The notes beneath the pieces are model-generated. The model saw only the letters and a program-made list of their open reading frames with translations. It did no database searches and was not told the DNA's origin. The position numbers and the translations under genes are program-made. A stretch of DNA of 64,000 bases from Candidatus Thorarchaeota archaeon (lineage in GTDB: Archaea; Asgardarchaeota; Thorarchaeia; Thorarchaeales; Thorarchaeaceae). The stretch lies in NCBI GenBank assembly GCA_003345595.1, contig PRDI01000058.1, positions 23,961 to 87,960 on the forward strand. The letters run 5' to 3'. Shown one piece after another: positions 17,555 to 25,065 of this stretch. Every line of letters starts with the position of its first letter. Positions within the stretch are counted from its first letter, which is position 1.

Positions 17555-18166
17555 ATGTCTGAGAAGCCCAAGTACAGCTTCAAGTGTCTGGAGAATGAAT
17601 GTCCACAGCGAGCCTGCTGTACACGCGAACCGGTGACTGTGACTCTAGGCGACATTGTTCGATGGAATGAGCAAGATTACCTGTCTCACATTGTTCCCGG
17701 AGTGGTCATTCAGATGCCTGAATCAGATACGGATGCTTTGATACTTGTGACGGCGCGACGCCAACTGAAGAAAGACGCGAGCAAGACTGCGTGCGTCTTC
17801 TATCACGAGGAGTCAAATGCCTGTTCAATCAGATATGCTCGCCCAATCTCTTGCAGGACATTTCCTCTTCAGTTCGCAGGTGAAAATTTCGTTCTCAGCA
17901 ACAAAGAGTGTTCTGGCATCGGGAAGGGCGAAGTCGCACGCGACGCCCTGAAAGAAGCCAGAAACACTGCGGAACTCGAGTTCAAAGAGCGACTGGAAAC
18001 GGAGAAGACATTGCCCGGCCTCTACACCGTATTCATGAGCCTCATGTTGCGTCAATCAGCCGAAGCCATGAAGGATCTCTCTGATGAAGATAGGAAACGC
18101 ATTGACGAGATAATGTCTCGCAGGTCTTCGAGCGAAGAGGGTCAAGGCGCTGAGAGCGGCGACTAG
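17555..18166 (+). CDS. YkgJ/UPF0153 cysteine-cluster protein
   Basis: C..C....CC, CVFY, CSIRYARPISCRTFP and CSGIGKG. Confidence 0.8.
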   Translation: MSEKPKYSFKCLENECPQRACCTREPVTVTLGDIVRWNEQDYLSHIVPGVVIQMPESDTDALILVTARRQLKKDASKTACVFYHEESNACSIRYARPISCRTFPLQFAGENFVLSNKECSGIGKGEVARDALKEARNTAELEFKERLETEKTLPGLYTVFMSLMLRQSAEAMKDLSDEDRKRIDEIMSRRSSSEEGQGAESGD

Positions 18167-19269
18167 ACATCCATCCTAAACAGTTCTCTTGGAGACCGCG
18201 TCAGAGCATCGCACCCTGTTTCCGTGACACTGACCAGGTCCTCTATCCTTATTCCGAATCTGCCTTCTAGGTAGATTCCAGGCTCAACACTGTGTGTCAT
18301 ACCAGGTTTCAGCTGAAGTGCGTTGCCTTTCACCAAGTATGGTGGTTCGTGAACTTGAAGCCCTACTCCATGACCAAGCCTGTGAGTGAAGTACTGCCCG
18401 TAGCCGTTTTCCTCGATCAAGCGGCGGGCAATCCCGTCTGCATCGCTGCAGGTCAAGCCAGGTGAGATTCGATTCAATGCTGCTTGCTCAGCTTGCAGGA
18501 CAACAGAATAGACATTCTCCTGCTCACTCGTTGGCTCTCCGGCGACAGCCATTCTGGTGATGTCCGTGTTGTAGCCTCCAACAGAACAGCCGCAGTCAAA
18601 CAAGACCATATCGCCCCTATGGAGCGTACGATCTCCGGACTCGGCGTGTGGGAGGGCTGTGTTCTCGCCGAACTGGACCGTGGTGAAAGTCGGGACTGCC
18701 CTGCTCTGAACATCCTCATTGATGACCAGCTGGCTCAGCTCCAGTTCTGTCATTCCGGCCTGTGCTTGGCTCATAGCCCTAGCAACCGATCCATCTATGA
18801 TCCTGCTGGCCTCCTTCATAGCAGCTATCTCGTTTCGGTCCTTGATGATACGCATTGAGTCCAGCTCGCGGGTGAGCGAAGTCCTCTTCGTGACCTTGCC
18901 GAGGGCCCTCTCAAGCGACCAATACACTCCCATCGGAAGGCTGTCGTCGAAGAGCAGCGAGTATCCAGCCTTCCTCGGTCCCGCAATCTTGGCAACCAGC
19001 GAGTAAGGGTCATCTGTTTCGTCCCAAGGATGGAACCTCTTGACCCATGTCAACCGGGACAGGTTCGAGATCTCAAAGCTTGGCGCCACGATTTGTGGCG
19101 GCCCGTCTGCCGTAATAACGAGGGCGATGAGACGCTCACGCATTTCATAGTGGATGCCAGTCAGATACTGGAAGTTAGGGGAGGGAGTCAAGAAAGCGAA
19201 GTCCGCCTTTGAATCACGAGTGACGTCCTGTACTCTATTCATTCTCTTGGCATACGGAGCCATTGACAT
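18163..19269 (-). CDS. Xaa-Pro peptidase (M24B family)
   Basis: ALPH, DCG...GYNTDITR, HRLGHGVGLQVHEPP and VEPGIYLEGRFGIRIED. Start about 19269. Confidence 0.92.
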   Translation of the reverse strand: MSMAPYAKRMNRVQDVTRDSKADFAFLTPSPNFQYLTGIHYEMRERLIALVITADGPPQIVAPSFEISNLSRLTWVKRFHPWDETDDPYSLVAKIAGPRKAGYSLLFDDSLPMGVYWSLERALGKVTKRTSLTRELDSMRIIKDRNEIAAMKEASRIIDGSVARAMSQAQAGMTELELSQLVINEDVQSRAVPTFTTVQFGENTALPHAESGDRTLHRGDMVLFDCGCSVGGYNTDITRMAVAGEPTSEQENVYSVVLQAEQAALNRISPGLTCSDADGIARRLIEENGYGQYFTHRLGHGVGLQVHEPPYLVKGNALQLKPGMTHSVEPGIYLEGRFGIRIEDLVSVTETGCDALTRSPRELFRMDV

Positions 19270-19391
19270 GTTCTCTGTGAGCAGATGGCGCACCGATAAC
19301 TTGTTCGGTGGCGCAGGCGCACCTGACGCTAGCAGAATCAGAGTTATATAGAGTCAGAAGTCGGCTCGTCTTCAGGACTGCAGGTGACTGA

Positions 19392-20744
19392 ATGTCTGAG
19401 CTAGAACCGCCATGTGAGATGCAGAAGCTTCCTGCTAGTGTCTATGCGGTCGGCTCGCTCACAATGTTCGCTCAGGGACTCTATGGGCCTTTTCTGAATA
19501 CCTACATTCTCGATATGGGCGCAAACTACGCGGAGCTGGGTGTCTTCCGGAGCGTCGGCAACATCAGTCCCGCCATACTGCAACCTGCATGGGGCGCCGC
19601 GTCAGACAAGCTAGGACACACAAAGGCTTTCGTGGCTTTTGGGACCATAACCGGGCTGTTCATGGTCTATCTGTTTCTCTGGGCTTGGACGCCGCTAGAC
19701 ATGATAGTGCTCTACGCAATCCAGTGCATCCTGTTCAGTGTCCAGATTCCTACTTGGTTGTCTCTTGTCGGATGTCTCATGCACGAGTCCAAGAGAGGTT
19801 CGGAGCTCGGTCGACTTGGGATGGTGACGAACCTAGCTTCTCTCGTGGCGACGCTGGTGGCCGGGGCAATAATGGTCTATCCATCAGTAATCCCTGTCTT
19901 CAAATCGTTCTGGGGCACCTTCGGAAATGTTCTCTTTCCTTCAGGACAAGTCTGGAGAGAAGTCTACATAGTTCCATTCTACATGACGGCCATGATAGGG
20001 ATTGTGGCATCAATCCTTTCACTGAAGATAAATGAGCGACCTCGGATGAATGGTGAGAGGCGAGGTTTTCCCCCCGTTCTCAAGCTACTTACGCGGCCCG
20101 GGGACTTCCGCAAATTCTGCTTCACTGCTACGTTCTTTTCATTTGCAATGTCGATGGCTTGGCCATTCTTCATAGTCGTGCAGCGAGAATGGTTGGGCAA
20201 TACTCTTTTCGAGATTGCCGTAGCATCGGCAATATCGACGGTAATGACAGTGGCTATGACCATTCCCTTTGGGCGGCTTAGCGACCGAGTAGGGCGGCGT
20301 CCCCTGATTTTCACAGGGAGGTTTCTCTTGTTCTTTGTCCCATTGTTATATCTCATGGCTACCGATACGTTTCTGATATACGTGTCAAACGCTATTGCAG
20401 GCATAGCCACTGCGGCTTCTGTGAATGCGAACACCGCCTACATCTATGATGTCGCTCCGGAGGGAGAGAGAGGGTCGCATGTTGCGGTCTACAATACCTT
20501 CACAGGTATAGTGTTCCTCTTTGGCTCACTAATATCCGGGATAATGGGACAGTTGTTCATAGATACCGGGCTTCTCGGGGCCCACCAATCGGTTTTCACG
20601 ATGCTTGGGATAAGCACCGTCCTTCGGTTCATAGCCTCGTTCGTCTACTTGGATTTGAAAGAGCCACGTGTCTATCATTCGACCATCTGGGCTGAGTTCC
20701 GGGCTTTGGTCCATAGGCGACGCCATGACTCCGAAACGCCGTGA
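19392..20744 (+). CDS. MFS transporter
   Basis: 12-TM pattern; WGAASDKLG and FGRLSDRVGRR motif-A copies. Confidence 0.88.
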   Translation: MSELEPPCEMQKLPASVYAVGSLTMFAQGLYGPFLNTYILDMGANYAELGVFRSVGNISPAILQPAWGAASDKLGHTKAFVAFGTITGLFMVYLFLWAWTPLDMIVLYAIQCILFSVQIPTWLSLVGCLMHESKRGSELGRLGMVTNLASLVATLVAGAIMVYPSVIPVFKSFWGTFGNVLFPSGQVWREVYIVPFYMTAMIGIVASILSLKINERPRMNGERRGFPPVLKLLTRPGDFRKFCFTATFFSFAMSMAWPFFIVVQREWLGNTLFEIAVASAISTVMTVAMTIPFGRLSDRVGRRPLIFTGRFLLFFVPLLYLMATDTFLIYVSNAIAGIATAASVNANTAYIYDVAPEGERGSHVAVYNTFTGIVFLFGSLISGIMGQLFIDTGLLGAHQSVFTMLGISTVLRFIASFVYLDLKEPRVYHSTIWAEFRALVHRRRHDSETP

Positions 20745-20817
20745 TTCTTCTGTTATAGACAGGCTTAAGGATGCGGTCCCATTCACCTGAGTCTGCACTC
20801 TGAGAGGACTGCAATTC

Positions 20818-21171
20818 TTGAGGAATGATCCGAGCTTCGAGGAAGGCTGGAAAATCGAGATGAGAAGAGGCCTCCTGGAGTATGCGGTCCTCGCAATAGT
20901 GAAGCGGCATCAAGAGGGTATACACGGTTATGGCATTGCAAGGGAACTTGAGGAGAAGACGGATGGGCTGCTTGAAGTGAAGGAGGGAACGCTCTACCCC
21001 ATTCTGCACAGGTTACGAGAGGACAGACTTCTCAACGTTAGGGCTGAGAGGTCGGACACAGGACCGAGTCGAAAAGTGTATGTGCTTACGGGTGAGGGTG
21101 ACCGCGTCTATCGTGAGCTCTCTTTCATGCTTGCTAGGATGTATGAGAAGCTGGAGGCATTGTCTCGATGA
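20818..21171 (+). CDS. PadR-family transcriptional regulator
   Basis: RRGLLEYAVL, HGYGI, EGTLYPILHRL and RKVYVLT. Confidence 0.9.
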   Translation: MRNDPSFEEGWKIEMRRGLLEYAVLAIVKRHQEGIHGYGIARELEEKTDGLLEVKEGTLYPILHRLREDRLLNVRAERSDTGPSRKVYVLTGEGDRVYRELSFMLARMYEKLEALSR

Positions 21172-21626
21172 GCGAGCGAAACGTCGAAGACGTGATAGGC
21201 GACTATGTGAAGAGAACCCGGAAGGTCTTGCCCAAGGGGCGAGAAGCCGAAGATTTACTGGATGATCTCAGGAATCACATTCTCGATTCACTCGCCGACA
21301 AGAGTGAACAGAAACCCGGAGTCAGCCAGCTGGAATTGGTTGGAGAGGTCCTGAAAGAACTTGGCGATCCGGAGGACATAGCTCGTGAGTTCGAGTCGAC
21401 ACACCCGGAGGAACCGGCTACGAGAAGACGCAAGACGATCAGGCTCGTTGCGAGACTAGTGTTTGCAATAGCGGTCGTAATTGTCGCTGCAGCTGTGGTT
21501 TCCAGTGTTCCACTTGGACAGCAGGAAGAGCCCTCAGTGGACTTCTTCACTGCCTTTATCGTTCTAATGGTGTTTGCGGTTGCAGAGTGGTATGTCAGAG
21601 CGTGGCAGACTAGATCTGTAGATTAG
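21168..21626 (+). CDS. HAAS/DUF1700-like domain membrane protein (2 TM)
   Basis: DY.......LP...EAEDLLDDLRNHI...ELGDPEDIAREF, then two TM helices. ATGA overlap with padR. Confidence 0.75.
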   Translation: MSERNVEDVIGDYVKRTRKVLPKGREAEDLLDDLRNHILDSLADKSEQKPGVSQLELVGEVLKELGDPEDIAREFESTHPEEPATRRRKTIRLVARLVFAIAVVIVAAAVVSSVPLGQQEEPSVDFFTAFIVLMVFAVAEWYVRAWQTRSVD

Positions 21627-21734
21627 CCCTTTGCACTGTGCTTTCACACCTTGGCTCTCTGCAAGCCACGCACCACTCTGTGTCAAGCCTGTAACACACA
21701 CAAACAAATGCTTGCTGTGACCTCGTCGCAGAGC

Positions 21735-21832
21735 GAGTGGAGGCTTCACTAGGGATTCACTAGTTCTAGAGCACCCTCAGTAACTCCTCGACACCCCTCC
21801 CTACCTATTTTGACAGCGTGAAACCTCCACTC
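21735..21832. repeat. 15-bp imperfect inverted repeat (GAGTGGAGGCTTCAC / GTGAAACCTCCACTC)
   Basis: 14 of 15 positions complementary with a 68-bp spacer, in a convergent intergenic region. Confidence 0.7.
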
Positions 21833-21922
21833 CTCCTTTACTCACAACCGAGCTGATTGGGCACAAACACCTTGGTCATGGCAGGCAGTCCTGCGCGGCT
21901 GGATCAAGGTGTCGTGAGAGTA

Positions 21923-22522
21923 TCAGAACTCGACCGTGTGTATCTGGTAGAAGTCCTTAGGATGATCACATGCAGGACACTTCTCGGGCGGACTAGTTCC
22001 TTCGTGGATGTAGCCACAGTTCGAACACCGCCACTTAACCTTGGTTTCACGCTTGAACACGCGACCTTTGGCTATGTTGTCAGCCAGCATCGTGTAGCGC
22101 TGCTCATGCCATGACTCCGCTTTCGCAATAGCCTTCCATACTGCGGCAATCTGCGTGAACCCTTCTTTCTCCGCAGTTTCCGCAAAATTGGGATAGATTT
22201 GCGAGGTTTCCAAATGCTCTCCTGCGGCGGCAGCCCGAAGGTTCTGCTCGGTCGTACCGAGCGGCCCTGTCGGGTACTCCGCTTCAATCTTGACCATAGC
22301 GCCAGTCTTGTTGTCTTGAAGCAGCTTGAAGAATCGGGACGCATGCTCTCTCTCTTGGCCCGCTGTTTCCTCGAAGATGGCCGATATCTGGATGAACCCC
22401 TCCTTCTTCGCTGTGCTTGCATAGTAAGTGTAGCGGTTCCGAGCCTGCGACTCGCCAGCGAAAGAAGCTAGGAGATTCTTCTCAGTCTTTGATCCTTTCA
22501 GTTCCACTTTGATTGCCTCCAT
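21923..22522 (-). CDS. rbr: Rubrerythrin
   Basis: AGESQARNRY, EREHA, GEHLE, AESWHE and C-terminal rubredoxin motifs CSNCGY...CPACDHP. Confidence 0.95.
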   Translation of the reverse strand: MEAIKVELKGSKTEKNLLASFAGESQARNRYTYYASTAKKEGFIQISAIFEETAGQEREHASRFFKLLQDNKTGAMVKIEAEYPTGPLGTTEQNLRAAAAGEHLETSQIYPNFAETAEKEGFTQIAAVWKAIAKAESWHEQRYTMLADNIAKGRVFKRETKVKWRCSNCGYIHEGTSPPEKCPACDHPKDFYQIHTVEF

Positions 22523-22652
22523 TCGTCCCCCAACAAACGTACTCGCCAGCTGTGAATGCGTGTTTTCGGGGACAGAATGCGGCCGGCTGACAAACGTTCG
22601 CTATTAAGTATGACCGTACAGCACAATCGCAATCCTAGAAAGTGCGAGCCTG

Positions 22653-23849
22653 TTATAGGCGAACCTTTGCAGCGATGGTTTCCGCAAGACGCTTGCAGTC
22701 TTCCAGTTCTTGACTTGTAGGCCTACCATGCACGTCGATTGTGGGCTCCAGAACCTCGAACTTTAGGTCTTCGAACTTGTCTTTCAGCCGCTTAACACCG
22801 CCGCCTCCCCATCCGAAGGTGCCGAACAGACCAATCGGTCTTTTGGCAAATCTCTTTCCTTCCATCTCGTCAACGAAAGCCCAGACTCTCGGAAATGGAT
22901 ACGCATCATAGGTTGGAGTGCCGATGGCTATGACGCCCGCCCGCAAGCTATCGGTGACGACCTTGCTCATGTCTGAGTAGGAGAGGTTATGGATCTTGAC
23001 CGGGACTGAAAGATTCTCAAGTTCTCTCTTGAGTGTCATGGCAACCCTCTGAGTAAAACCATACATTGTTCCGTATATGATCGTGCATCCCTTCTCAAGA
23101 TCGGGTGAACTCCACTCTGAATACCGATTGATGATCCACGTCGGATCCCTGCGGTACACCGGGCCGTGACTAGGAGCGACCATCTTCAGATCAATGCCCA
23201 GTCCAGTGACCTTGGCAATAGCTTGCTGTATGAACTTGAGGTAACTAGTGATTATCACTGAGAGATACCTCCTGCTCTCGGACTCCACCATACGCATGTC
23301 GATTTCGTCGTCAAAGTGGTTTCCATTCAGTGCACCGAACGAACCGAACGCGTCACAGGAGAACAGAATATGGTCTTGCATGTCGTAGGTCATCATGGTT
23401 TCAGGCCAGTGTAGAAACTGGGTGTGCAAAAACTTCAAGGTACGCTTACCGAGGGATAGTTCCTCCAGATCGGTGACTGTCTTCTCCCTCAGTCTGACAT
23501 CGTAGAATGACTTCTGCATATCTGATGCCTTGGGCGTGTAGATCATGGTCGCGTTTTCCGCAAGCTTGGCGATGTGAGGAAGCGCACCAGTGTGGTCTGG
23601 CTCCATGTGATTCATGATGATGTAGTCAATCTTGGCTGGGTCCACTACCTCTCTTATGTTGCCGATCCATTCGTCTGCCCAAGGTTCCTTGACGCACTCA
23701 ATCAAGGCTATCTTGTCATCGACGATTAGGTAGCTATTGTATGATACGCCGTGAGGGAGTGCCCAAAGGTTCTCGAAAAGAACTGTGTGGTGGTCATCTA
23801 CGCCAACATAGTATACACCTTTGACAATCTCTCGATTCACATGATTCAC
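22653..23849 (-). CDS. fprA: Flavodiiron protein (A-type flavoprotein)
   Basis: SYNSYLI, NHMEPDH, HWPETM, FSCDAFG, APSHG and flavodoxin domain motifs YGTMYGFT and FGTFGWGG. Confidence 0.92.
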   Translation of the reverse strand: MNHVNREIVKGVYYVGVDDHHTVLFENLWALPHGVSYNSYLIVDDKIALIECVKEPWADEWIGNIREVVDPAKIDYIIMNHMEPDHTGALPHIAKLAENATMIYTPKASDMQKSFYDVRLREKTVTDLEELSLGKRTLKFLHTQFLHWPETMMTYDMQDHILFSCDAFGSFGALNGNHFDDEIDMRMVESESRRYLSVIITSYLKFIQQAIAKVTGLGIDLKMVAPSHGPVYRRDPTWIINRYSEWSSPDLEKGCTIIYGTMYGFTQRVAMTLKRELENLSVPVKIHNLSYSDMSKVVTDSLRAGVIAIGTPTYDAYPFPRVWAFVDEMEGKRFAKRPIGLFGTFGWGGGGVKRLKDKFEDLKFEVLEPTIDVHGRPTSQELEDCKRLAETIAAKVRL

Positions 23850-23980
23850 CTACGAGTAAGTCACGGTCTGAATCCCTCATAAAAGCTACACGGCGTGGCA
23901 AAGAGAGCCAGGAACAGTGAGGGCCGGGTCGTGCCGCAGTCCAATAAGGGATAAGTGCATGCGTTGCTTGTCAGTGTCAC

Positions 23981-24577
23981 TTGTCGGAGCTGTGCGCATT
24001 GAACAAACGCTCCATTGCTGCCGTCATGATTCTAGCTGCTGCGATGGCAGCGTCCACACTACTCTCTGTCAGCAGCTTGGGTGTACTACCCTTCGACGCA
24101 GCTGACTTTTGGATGGAACCCTTTTCCTCGCGCACCTCGTATGCAGACTGCAATGCCGGGGACGTGCTTCATGGGACGTTTGAAGTCATACAGGATGGCG
24201 ACCTCTTCCCGGGCGATCAGACCAAGTACGATATTTGGCTGATTGAGGGTGTTGACTTCTTCATCTTTGATGAGTCAAACTATAATCTTTGGCTCGAGGG
24301 AAGCTATGCCATAGCCGCCTATGCGAATGAACGAGTGTCTGCGCTATCCTGGAGCGTCCGGGTTCCGGAGTCCGGGCGCTGGTATGTTGTATATTCCAAC
24401 GGGGCAGTATTCAGGAAACATGTGACGGCAATGAGTTCACGTTCAGGAAGTGCGTGGTTGGCCTTTCTTGTTGTTCCGTCTGTGTCAGTAGGCTGCTTCC
24501 TGTTGGGCTTCTTCTTGCTGGGCCGATTCTGGAGTGGCAGACAGTCGGTGGTTCCGACTGGGGAAATCCGACACTGA
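23981..24577 (+). CDS. Single-pass membrane protein with emp24/GOLD-like beta-sandwich
   Basis: N-terminal signal/TM, GDVLHGTFEV...VDFFIFDE...VPESGRWYVVYSN, C-terminal TM and short tail. Confidence 0.55.
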   Translation: MSELCALNKRSIAAVMILAAAMAASTLLSVSSLGVLPFDAADFWMEPFSSRTSYADCNAGDVLHGTFEVIQDGDLFPGDQTKYDIWLIEGVDFFIFDESNYNLWLEGSYAIAAYANERVSALSWSVRVPESGRWYVVYSNGAVFRKHVTAMSSRSGSAWLAFLVVPSVSVGCFLLGFFLLGRFWSGRQSVVPTGEIRH

Positions 24578-24625
24578 TGGTGTGAGTAGCTGGAAACTCA
24601 GTCTGGTCCAGCTTTCTCACAAGAT

Positions 24626-25054
24626 TCAGGTGGTCTGTTGCTGGGGTGCACTTTCCTTGGCAGGCTCATGCAGCGCCTCATCGATGAGCTGTACTGCGTT
24701 TCTTCCGAGCAATCCACCAAAGCCTCCTAGCAGAGCTCCCAACAACACACTGATGACTATCACGAGCATTCCCATTCCACTTAGTCCCAAAAGACCGATG
24801 AAGAAATCAGCTATTTCCAGTGCAGATGCTGAAAACGAGAGGTATGCAAACAATAGGGTCCAAGCGATAGCCACTCCGACGAAACCAACCAAAAAAGCAC
24901 GCTTGGAAGTCCGCGTGAACAGCGACCCGAGTATCCCGGCGATCAGCATGGTCACCCACGATCCACTCAGCTCGAGCACAATGGCGAAGATGGTCGCGAT
25001 GATGATTGCGGGAACAAGTTTCAAAGATGGGAATATGTCGTCAATCTTACGCAT
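24626..25054 (-). CDS. Small hydrophobic membrane protein (about 4 TM)
   Basis: Gly-rich hydrophobic helices; 11 bp downstream of the acylase gene, RBS GGAGGTGA. Confidence 0.75.
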   Translation of the reverse strand: MRKIDDIFPSLKLVPAIIIATIFAIVLELSGSWVTMLIAGILGSLFTRTSKRAFLVGFVGVAIAWTLLFAYLSFSASALEIADFFIGLLGLSGMGMLVIVISVLLGALLGGFGGLLGRNAVQLIDEALHEPAKESAPQQQTT

Positions 25055-25065
25055 TATGTCACCTC

